This document shows, in pieces, positions 50,594 through 60,920 of a DNA stretch of 64,000 nt. Position numbers and translations under genes: made by a program. Under the pieces are notes generated by a model. It was not told the DNA's origin. It saw only the letters and a program-made list of their open reading frames with translations, and did no database searches. The DNA is from Callorhinchus milii (lineage: Eukaryota), in assembly GCF_018977255.1 (NCBI RefSeq), contig NW_024704743.1, positions 112,656,001 to 112,720,000 of the forward strand, read 5' to 3'. How positions within the stretch are numbered: position 1 is the stretch's first letter; each line of letters begins with the position of its first letter.

Positions 50594-52454
50594 GTTATGT
50601 CTGAAAGCGCTTTACAGGATTTACTGGAAAGGGCAGTGACTGTGTATTTTGTAGGCAAACACAGCAGCCGATTTGCACACCGCAACATCTCACAAACAGC
50701 CATGAAGTGAATGACCAATTCTAGAAGGAATAGAGGGGTATTTGAGAGCTCATGGTGTGGAATAGTTGGAGCGAATAGCCTGTTTCGTATCATACCATTC
50801 AATGTCATTTTATGTGTATACAGAATTGTATAGACACCAGGAAAAACTTACTTCTCTTTTTGAGTAGTGGCATGGGATCTTTAACATCTACCTGAACAAG
50901 CAGACAGGACCTCAGTGTAATGGCTCATTCGTAAGACGATGCCTCCTCCATAAGAGTGCTCACCCTGCATTTGAATGTCAGCCTAGCTGTGAGTACAAAG
51001 TCCTGATAAGTTGCAGTTGAAGCAGAAAGTATCACTGTATTTAAAAAGAAATACGATACATGCATGAGGGAGAAGGGAATAGGGGAGTATGGGCAGGGAA
51101 CAGGGAGAGGTGATTAGGAGCGGTGGAAGTTCATGTGGAGTAGAAATATTAGAACAGATTAGTTGGGCCAAATGGTCTGTTTCAATGGTGTATATAATTC
51201 TATGTTATATTTTTGAGCTCAAAATAGCTTTGTTTCCTGCTAATCCTTCGATGCTGCTTAATCACCAATGAAACCTATCACCAATAATTATTTAGTATTT
51301 CTGCTTTTTTTTCAACCATGGACTTAAGTATTGAAATTTAGAAGCCTTTCCAGGCAGCCCTAATGGTACGTTAGGCGTCAGAATAATATTACAGCTCCAG
51401 CGAGAATCTAACTCATGACAACTGGAGAACAGCTAAATACATGGCTTTCTTCCAACCTCCATTCAGCAGATTAATGTCTATAGATTTTAATCATCATATT
51501 TAGTTGCATCTAAGCAAAAGTGCTGGATTTTTAGAAACAAATGTCAAACTATAATTATAGTTGAGATCATCCATAGTTGAGATCAAAGTCATTCCTCTGT
51601 GCAGAAACCAGTTAGCAGCAGTTTTGTGCAACATTGCACAAACATTTGGAGGATACTTAAGGCAAAGGTTAGTTTGCTTCACCTGTTAATTAAATGAACT
51701 ACTTTGCCAAATTGACATGATAAATTAGTATTGTCATCGATGTGAAGCACAAGCAAAAAAAAACATTAAAATCTAACAATAACAATCATTGCATTTCATA
51801 TAGCGCCTTATCACTTCATCACAATGTTTCTCAAACAGCTTCACAGAATATACTGTAAAGTGAATTGACTGTATATTTTGTGGGTGAAATCTGTGCACTT
51901 TGGAAATTGTTCACAGTTACTACATTTACAGTAAATCCTATGAAACCCTTTGAGATGTCCCCCTATCATGACAGGGACTATACCAAATGCAAAAAATATG
52001 TTTAATATAATAATAATAATTATTACATTTGGTATAGTGAAATTGAACAGATTATTATATAATATATTATATTATTATATTATATTATTATATTACATTA
52101 AAAAACAATAATAATGTGGTCACTCAATCCACGACTGTTTGTGGGACACTGCTGTGCACAATTAGCTGCCGTGTTTCGCCCCCCCAAAAATATGCAGTCA
52201 ATTCACTTTACAGTACATTCTGTGAAGCGCTTTGAGACATCTCAAAGATTTGAAAAGCGCTATATCAAATGCAAGGATTATTATTATTATATAGTGCCTT
52301 TCACATTGGGAGGACATCCCAAAACACTTCATAGGGTACACTGCAAAGTGTAGCGAATGTGTGTTTTGTGGGCGATTGAAGCAGCCAATTTGCACACAGC
52401 ACAGCCCCACAAACCGTCATGAAGTGAATAACCATGAAGTGTATTATCCACAAT

Positions 52455-52546
52455 GAAAACAGAATACTGAAACCACAAAGAGGATCAATTAGCATTTGAA
52501 ACAGAAACACAAGTACATTTTTCAGATGTCACCCTTCATCAGAACT
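52455..52546 (-). mobile_element. Penelope-type/hammerhead relic
   Basis: Reverse complement ttCTGATGAagggtgacatcTGAAAaatgtacttgtgtttctg resembles 30054-30150. Confidence 0.5.
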
Positions 52547-52759
52547 CAAATAGGCTAGATATTAACCAAAGACACTGGCCAGAGTTGCAAATAATCATTC
52601 TAATCTTGGAAGATTGCACCCTGCCTTCAAACACGTCAATATCTCAATGAGAGGTTAGAGAAGAGTGAAAAGGATAACTTGGGGGATTTAGGCCCTCTAC
52701 ACAGACTTATTACAAGGAATTTTTCTTCTTCAGAAAAATCTAATACGTATTTGTAGGTT

Positions 52760-53122
52760 CTGAGCTCACAGTCTAAGTTGACACTGCAAGACATAGTTGG
52801 AGAAATGCTATATTGTTGGATGTGCCGTCCTTTGGGTGAGACTTTAAACCTAGATCTACCTTTCCAGATGGATGTTAAAGATCCTCTGATGCTATTCAAA
52901 AGGAGAAGAGAGATTACCCTGAAGGTCAACAGTGGTCAACAGTTCCCCAGATAAAATTGGTCATTACCTCATGGCTGCTTGTGGGTGAGTGTTGTGCACA
53001 AAATGGCTGCCGTGTTCACCTACAAAATATGGTGTCACTACACTTTACAGTAACTCCTGTGAAGCGCTTTGAGACAGCATCCTGAAAGGCATTGTATCAA
53101 ATGCAAGGATTACTATTATTTT
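52760..53122 (+). mobile_element. Deu-type SINE (lacking head)
   Basis: tgttggatgtgccgtcctttgggtgagactttaaacc...gatggatgttaaagatcc...tail. Confidence 0.75.
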
Positions 53123-53331
53123 TTAGTTCTTGGCTAAAGTGGTTAATAATGTGACAACTAACATGAAAGGGTTCAGAGAGCCAAATGCCATCTCGACAAG
53201 ACTGGTTATTTAACTCTCAAGCCATTTTTCCCACATTGGCAGCTTTTGAAAAGTGCCAACCCCAATCTGGTCACTCAGGATGACTGGTGAGGAGACACAA
53301 AATAACGTTTCGCATTCTTTTCACAAATATA

Positions 53332-53496
53332 TAGTCAAACCTGTTTGAACAAACACCTCTATTCAGCAACCCTCTTTCCTGTTAACAACCATTCTGGAAC
53401 AGCCCCTTCAGTGCACGTTCATTCACATACCAACAGACCTTATTCAGAGGCTACCTTTATATAACGGTCACTGATAGTTGAAGACTGGTTTGACTG
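53332..53496. mobile_element. Tc1/mariner-pogo (Tigger-like) MITE
   Basis: TA|TAGTCAAACCTGT ... ACTGGTTTGACTG|TA: imperfect TIRs with a TA target duplication. Confidence 0.6.
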
Positions 53497-54337
53497 TAGT
53501 TAAACCTCAGTATTTACCTCAGTAAATCTTGTGAACTTGTAATACTACCCCTTTATGGTTACATTATAATTGGTAAACACTTCCTGACCAATATAGCACA
53601 ATTGGATAAGCAAAACCATGTGCAGTAATGCATGGTATTGTAATCGGGTTGACTTAAGAACATTCCAGCTCATATATACATATACGTTCTGGAACATAAC
53701 ATACTGTATATTGTTAAACTATTAAAGGCAGGCAGCTTGTTTGTGTCAATTCTTGAAGTAAATAGTAAATCACTAATATTTGCATGCTCAAATGATTTGG
53801 TTCTGGTCTCCTTGGAAACGCAAGAAGTCTCTGTTTTAAGGATGAACTTATGCACCGTTAGTTATTTAATTTTCCTCAGTTACCATGGGAACAAGCGAGA
53901 ACTAATACGATTGCCTTCAAGCAGTTCCTGCATTGTTTTGCCCATTTTAAACAAAGATAAAATAAAAATAGGTTTGGCTAATGGTGCACAAGAAGATGTG
54001 ATCCTGAGCTCAGTCATCAATGTTTCACCATTGGATATCAAGGCTGCTGCATTCACCTGCAAAAGAAACAATCAAAACCCTATAGTAATCTATCAAACAC
54101 CTAGCAAAACGTTTTGACAGATAAGCCAGAAAAGAAGAAAAGTAATGTGAAGAAGAATGAAGCATTCTGCTGCTCTCCAAAAGATGGAACTTAGTTCTTG
54201 TCATGTCAAGGATCATGTCAAGAAGCCCAGTTTGGGCACTGAAGTGGATTCACAAGTGCCTTAGAGAAACTCTTTGTTACTGTTCAGAAGATAATTACTG
54301 AACAACTACAGAATCACTTCTTTGTTGGATTGTAACT

Positions 54338-54656
54338 TATAATAATATAATAATCCTTGCATTTGATGTAGCACTTTTCAAGTCTTTGAGACGTCTCAAA
54401 GCACTTCACAGAATATACTGTAAGGTGAATTGACTGCATTTTTTGTGGGAGAAACACAGCAGTCAATTGCATACAGCAGTGACTCACAAACAGTTGTGGA
54501 TTGAGTGACCAAATTATTATTTACATTTTTTTCTTGAGGGATTATTATCAGTCATGTGGAGTAAGGAAACTTGGCTAAGGTATCATCCTGCCAGGAATCG
54601 AATGCAGATCTCTCACTTGCGAGGCGAGTGCTCTAACCACTGAGCTACAAGACTCC
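54338..54656 (-). mobile_element. Full-length tRNA/CORE-like SINE (short form)
   Basis: The reverse complement matches 35474-35784. Confidence 0.9.
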
Positions 54657-54881
54657 AACTTTTATGCAACAACATTTGGAAAGACAGCTAACAAATCAGA
54701 GAGGTAAAATTCCAGCTGAGTCTAGATTTACTCTATTACCGTAGCATTTCAGAATGTCCAGAATTTGCCAAACTGTTGAATTCAGTCTGAACTTTTAAAC
54801 CATTTTCCTGTAGTTCTTGAAAAGAAACGTAGAAAACAACTTGGATAATTACGGATGTTCTGCAATGCTAAGTTAATAAAT

Positions 54882-55165
54882 GACAACAACAAAAACAAGA
54901 AAATTACATTTGTGTAGCGCCTTCACGTCAGGAGGACATCTCAAGGCGCTGGATAATCAGTGTTTTGGACCCGAGCTGGGGGTTGGGATCAGGGAGGGTG
55001 GAGGGCAGGGGGGTGAAGAAGAACGGTGATCCAACTCACAGTCAAAGAGGAGGGTCAAGATGAGTCTTAAAGGAGGCAAGAAAGGGAGCGAGGTGGAGGG
55101 ACAGCGGGATCGCGTTCCAGAAGGTGGGGGCAGAGTGGCTGAAGGCCCGCCCGCCAATGGTGGGC
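54882..55165 (-). mobile_element. L2 3' end fragment
   Basis: (CAA)-rich tail, gcgccttcacgtcaggaggacatc, and the IGGRAFS-coding end. Confidence 0.82.
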
Positions 55166-55344
55166 AACAACAACAACAAGAGAGATCCAGTTGGATTTTA
55201 CCCCATAGGAGAAGGAGTTATCCTGTAATGTGGCCTCTGTGTAGCTTATTGATTGACATGCACTGAGCAAAATTCTCCTTGGCTCAGTGAGATTCACAAA
55301 TTTGTCCCTGAGCATTTATTAATAACTCTAAAACAATTTTAAAA

Positions 55345-55785
55345 GTTATTTATGCTTCCACTATTTATACTGTGTAAATTAGATCTCATACGAAGCTTGT
55401 CTGATAGGCTAGCTGTCTCACCTCAAAGAAATACTAAATTAGTATCTGCTAATCACGAGTTCAAGAGATGTTCGAATGAAGACCCTTTATTCCATTCGAT
55501 CTCATTGTTCCAGAATACCACCCTACCATTTTCCCATTACAGCATCGAGGTGCATCTTAAATGAGTTCACTGTCCTGTCCTGAACCACCCTTCCTCACAA
55601 TCCATTTCAGCTGTTAACTACCCTTTGTTGAAAGAAACACTTACAGGTGTCCATCCTGAAATTTTTCTTTATGATTGTGAACCTGTGCATTTTCTTCTGC
55701 TGCTCTGACATACCTGAAAGTATTGACTTTCTTTTTCCCATTTGCCATCTTGTAAGGTCCCCTCTGAGATATCTCATCATAGTAA
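55345..55785 (-). mobile_element. Degenerate CR1 3' fragment
   Basis: ccattcgatctc...catccatttcag...gttgaaagaaacactt...gtaaggtcccctct pattern on the plus strand. Confidence 0.5.
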
Positions 55786-56284
55786 TGCCTCAAATAAATA
55801 AATAATAATAATCAATCGGTCACTTCAAACCACCACTGTTTGTGGGACACTGCTTTGCACAGTCGGCTGCCATGTTTCGCCCACAAAATATACAGTCAAT
55901 TCACTTTGCAGGTTATTCTGTGAAGCACTTCGAGACGACTTGAGGGCAATTATTTTGTTCAGAAACATTATAAACAANTTTTTTAATAAAAATGTATGTC
56001 ACAATTGCACCACTTAAACATATGCTGGAGTGGTGTTAACCCAGGAGTCGTATTTCTAAAGTGATGTTTTTGTGAATGTTAGGAAGCGAGAAAGATCAAG
56101 AGAATTGATACTCACAAAACTACAGCAAGTAGCACGTTTTCCGATGCTGTTGATTTACCCAGCATCCAGAATCAAAAGGCTATAGTTTTAGGAATCTTGA
56201 TTATGATTTTTATCTTCTTTAACGTTTTAGTGTTTCTGCATTGGTGAATTTTTGGGCTGGTACGCTTGTCTGTTCAGCAACAGA

Positions 56285-57755
56285 GACAACAACAACAACG
56301 ACAAAATTACTTTTGTATAGCATCTTTCAAGTTGGGAGGACGTCCCAGAGTGTCCTGTGTTTCGGACCCGATTTGGGAGTTGTAGCTGGGTGATTAAAAG
56401 CTCGGTCGAAAAGGAGGGTCTTGAGATGGGTCTTGAAGGAGACAACAGGGAGGAGCGAGGCGGAGGGTCTGCGGGATGGAGTTCCAGAGGATAGGGGCAA
56501 AGTGGCAGAAGACCCGCCCGCGAATAGTGGGGCGAGCGAGGCGGGGGAAGTGAAGCAGGCAGGAGCCCACTGAGCGGAAGGAGCGAGCAGGATGGTATGG
56601 GGTCAGGAGGTTGCAGAAGTAGGGGGGAGCAAGGCCATGGAGGGCTTTGAAGGTGAGGACCAGGATCTTGAACTGTATCCTCTGTGTGATGTGAAGCCAG
56701 TGGAGTCGGGCGAGGATGGAGGTGATAGGGTCACAGAGCCTGGTATGGGAAAGGACACAGGCTGCAGAGTTCTCAATGATCTGAGACGTCGTCCGGCGTG
56801 GAAAGCGCTATATAAATCCAAGTTGTTGTTGTCGTTGTTGACGTTCAAATGAAGAAAGTTAGCTCTCATCCAGGACCTGCTGTCTGACAGACATTCTGTC
56901 CTAGAATCATAGGAGGCAGAGAGGTAGAGTTGGGTGTCATCCGCATACATGTGGAAGTTGGCCCCATGTCTGCAGATGATGTCACCAAGAGAGAGCATAT
57001 AGATATTGAGAGGAGGGGATCAAGGACAGAGCCCTGAGGAATTCTGCACGAGATGGTGCAGGGGCAAGAGGGGAAAACATTTGTGTAGATCAAGTGGAGG
57101 TGGTGTGAATCTGAATAATTCAAGGACAGAACCGTGAAGGTTGAGGTAAGAGGAGAGGCAGTGGATGAGGATAGAGTGGTCGACAGGGTTAAAGGCAGCA
57201 GAGAAGTCAAGGAGGACGAGGAGGCAGAGGGAGCCCTGGTCGCAGATGGACAGAATGTCATTTGTCATTTTGACCAGGGCTGTTTCTGTGCTATGGGTGG
57301 CACGAAAACCCGTTTGGAGAGGTTCGTGAAGGGAGTCGTGGGAGAGGAAGGAGCTCAAGCTGGGGAGCAATGACTCATCCCAGGGCCTTGGAAAAGAAAG
57401 GGAGATTGGAGATGTGGTGGTAGTTTGAGAGCAGGAATGGGTCCAAGGAGGGTTTTTTAAGGACAGGAGTGATGATAGCTGTTTTTAATCGGGTGGGAAC
57501 TGTACCAGTGGACAGGGAGCAGTTTATGACGTCTGTGAGTAGATTGGCAAGGATGTGGAGTTGGAAGGTAAGAAGAGGGGTAGCGATGGGATCGAGGGAG
57601 CAGGTGGTCGGTTTCATGTGGGTTATAGTGGTGACAGGTTTGAAGGTGTGGAGGAAGGGATGGCTAGGGGCTAGGGTGAAAGGGAGAGTTGGAGAGGGGG
57701 TAGGAGAAGGAAGGGCAGAAGCCCCCAAGGAAATCCAGCATCACCTCGCAATTGG
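56285..57755 (-). mobile_element. L2 LINE 3' portion with an internal deletion and an opposite-strand L2 tail insert
   Basis: Minus ORFs carry [21 protein letters not shown] and YADDTQLY. A plus-strand tail sits at 56783-56837. Confidence 0.93.
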
Positions 57756-58149
57756 CACATTGGAAGTATAGACAGTATAATAGCAGCAAAACTGCACTAT
57801 AGCTTTGCCTCAAGAGCATCCAAACTTTTACTCTCCTCAAAAAAGTGCTTATTAATGCTTCCCTCTCTCTTCCTTGGGTAGGAAGAGAATAAAAAAAAGA
57901 GAAAATTACCAATTAGAATAGGGGGAAAAAAGGTATTGCAGATGGCACTTGAACAACAAACGTAAGTGCAAGTTAATTGTGCCGGATGAATTTTCCAATA
58001 CAATGAACACATTGCATTTCATTCTGCTTTTCACAGTTCAAGAGTCCTCATGCCTCAGTGAGAGAGCTGCAGAGCCCACGCAGCTCTTTCATGCTGCTGG
58101 ATATCTGACTGCTAAAATAAACTATAGCTGTAGCCATTTTGTGATCCGC

Positions 58150-58159
58150 CTAAAAATAG
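58150..58159 (+). promoter_or_regulatory. Consensus MEF2 site within a candidate enhancer
   Basis: CTAAAAATAG is an exact match to CTA(A/T)4TAG. Function is unproven. Confidence 0.4.
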
Positions 58160-58613
58160 GTTTAATTAAACGCTGAACTGTAGCGTATTCCTCACGCGTC
58201 ACCCACGTATTCGTTAATGCATTTGATGCTTTCAGGTTAAAATATCACCATTGGCCGTAATGCATCATTGGAATAGAGTAGCGCCTTTTTTAATAAAGAA
58301 GAGCTAATATCTGTTCCCCCTCCTGAACTCTAAGGTCGCGTTCTAAATAAAGAAAAAGTGCAGCTGTTTCCACGTAAACTGTGTCGGCAAATTCCGGCCA
58401 CCACTTTCCTTCCTGGCACACGGGCTGTATCCCTTGGAAGTTCCTTAATTAACTCTGCTTCATCTTACAACCATTAGCGCAAGATTAATAGTCGAGCAGG
58501 GTCAGAGGTAATCTCGCCCCTCAATACTCAGGCAGCACATTTAGCTGCTCCAGCAGAATAAATCCAAGCTCCACCTGTTTGCATCTGTCACACGCTGGCC
58601 TAAATGAGTCTCG

Positions 58614-58626
58614 GTTACCTAGTAAC
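58614..58626. promoter_or_regulatory. RFX X-box-like palindrome
   Basis: GTTACCTAGTAAC. Function is unproven. Confidence 0.45.
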
Positions 58627-59677
58627 AGCAGCTTAAGAGGGCTGAAGATGCAGTTATTTTCATATATTAATGGATAGCCATTAGGGGAGAATTATATTTC
58701 TCTCTGGTTTGCATAATATTTCTCTCTCTCCTCCCCCCCTCCCCTCTCGTGTTTCTCTAGCACCTTGAATCTCCTCCGAGGTAGGGAGGGGGAAGGGGTG
58801 ATCAGACAAGTCGACTATGTTCTACTCCTCACGAGAGGAAACTCAAAACTCAGGCACCTCAGCATAATCTCCCGCAGCCTGTTATAGAGTAGCACTGGTC
58901 CTCTGTGCCAGTGCTTCTCTGTAGCAGACTGTGGGAGGTTACACTGAGGTGCTTGAGTTAAGTTTCCTCTCCTTTGCTGTGATCAGTTCCTCACCTCCAC
59001 ATCATATCTTCAAATAAGTCACTCCAAGCTTACTCTGCCCTTTTAATCTTTTTAAATTATCTATAGGTTGTGGGTCACAAGCACAGAGGAGACATCATGG
59101 ACTGAATGGCCCTTTTTCTGGACTGTAGCATTCTCTGCTCTCTGACTCTAAGGCAAGTTCATGGTGAAATGTTAGCATCTTGCCCACTCCTCCAGTGTAG
59201 TGCATGGAGATATAGCCCAGATGGGAAACTCACGGTTTGCAGAACCCACACAGCCCCTCAGCCCCAACTTCAGAATCATCTCTCAAAACATGCTCTATCT
59301 TTCATTTTTTTCTCTCTGTCTATCTCTGCTTTTAATCCAAGCAACCAGTTTTTTGGTTTCCTCATGTGAATTCTGAAGAATGCAGGCACCACACAAGCAA
59401 ACTCTTACTGATTCTTCAAACGTGTATTTTTAGGAATGGTCGCTGCTTCAAATTACAAGCTTCCTTGGGAGAATGCCAGGTTTGTTTGCGTGTGATACTA
59501 ACAGGGCTCTCAAGCCATCAAATACTTGACACTTTATTCAGTTACGTTTGCACGTGACTTGAACTTACATGGTCAGGAGTGAGTGTTCAATTATAACTTT
59601 GTACTTCACCCATCACACCACTGAGTGGACTGAGGTTTCAGTAAGTTCCCTTTTCACACATCTATCTAACTTTAATA

Positions 59678-59782
59678 ATCATAGAATCATAGAATTAGAC
59701 AGCACAGAAGGAGGCCATTCTGGACCATTGTGTCTGTGTCGGCTCTTTGAAAAGAGCTATCCAAATCAATTCCATTCCCCCA
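59678..59782 (-). mobile_element. CR1 3' tail
   Basis: atcatagaatcatagaattagacagcacagaaggaggccattc, the reverse complement of a CR1 octamer-repeat terminus. Confidence 0.8.
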
Positions 59783-60349
59783 TGGGAACATATAATGAAG
59801 ATGTTTTGTTAATACTAAGAAAGCACAATACTCTCAGGCGGCAATATGTTTACCAAAATCATTCATTTAAGGACTAGAAAATATGTTTCATTATTATTAA
59901 TAATAAAAATATAAAAATTCTTGCATTTGATATAGCTCCTTATCACGTAATTGAGACGTCTTAAAGGGCTTCACAGATTTTCACTATAAAGTGTAGTGCC
60001 TGCCTATCCGTGCACCCAATAATTTTCCACAAACAGCCTTGAATCAAATAACCTATTTATTTCTATTTGTGGGGATTGTTGGCTATGCATAAACAGAATA
60101 GATATGGGATTTCAGGCCTGCCACCAAAGTGCTACAAAATCGAAAATGGAATCCAATGTTAAAATTTGGGTTTTGATCCTACTCCTTTCAGCTATCAACA
60201 TTCAAAGCTAGTCCTCCATTGGGACTCTTAATTTTGGGCGTGAAATCTGTGGATTTTCAAATAAGATTGATTCCAGCATTGACCTTGTTCATGATTGAAA
60301 GCATAGAATAAATAATGAAATAATGGCAATTTATTGATGTACTGCCCTA

Positions 60350-60700
60350 GACTCCTCTAATAGTTCAGTTGATAAAGACAGTGTCCAATCTAAAAGCAAG
60401 TCATGAAAAACTACACCACACTCAGCTAGTCTACTGGACTGTGCCGAGTGATCTTAGCTGAGGCGTTATAAATGGTCTCAAGACAGGCAGAGATGTACTG
60501 TATATCAACCAGGGTTCCCAGTCCTGAACGTTTTCAAGAGACCCCTGCTGGAAAGTGCATTTGTTTGTGTGGATTTCAGAGGGAAACAGGCTCAGGCTAG
60601 GCTGTAATGCCCCAATAATCAAATAATTTCACTGTCCAGGGCTGCTAAAAAGAGTAGCCATTTGGGCACGATACCCAGATGGTAACTGGTATCCATGAGA
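60350..60700 (+). mobile_element. AmnSINE2-like ancient SINE relic
   Basis: ccagggttcccagtcctga...gacccctgctggaaagtgc...gtgtggatttcagagggaaacaggctcaggctaggctgtaatgccc. Confidence 0.55.
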
Positions 60701-60827
60701 TAGAGTGGCACATGCACAGAGAGGGGAGCAAAATATCATAAGAGAGTAACAAATCATGGAAACATCTGCTTCTTCCACAGCCCACACAAAAAAACACAGT
60801 TGCTTTGTTTCCCAGAGGAAAATACAA

Positions 60828-60920
60828 CAAACAACGACAACAACAGCTTGCATTTATATTGCGCTCTTCACCCAGGAATAGCGCCTCAGAGCACTGCACA
60901 GGGGCCGAGTTACACACTGA
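60828..60920 (-). mobile_element. L2 tail fragment
   Basis: (CAA)n followed by cttgcatttatattgcgctcttcac. Confidence 0.7.

Noticed and set aside
53737..54117. 126-aa plus-strand ORF and a minus-strand acceptor-led ORF
   Set aside because: No recognisable domain; better explained as non-coding sequence.
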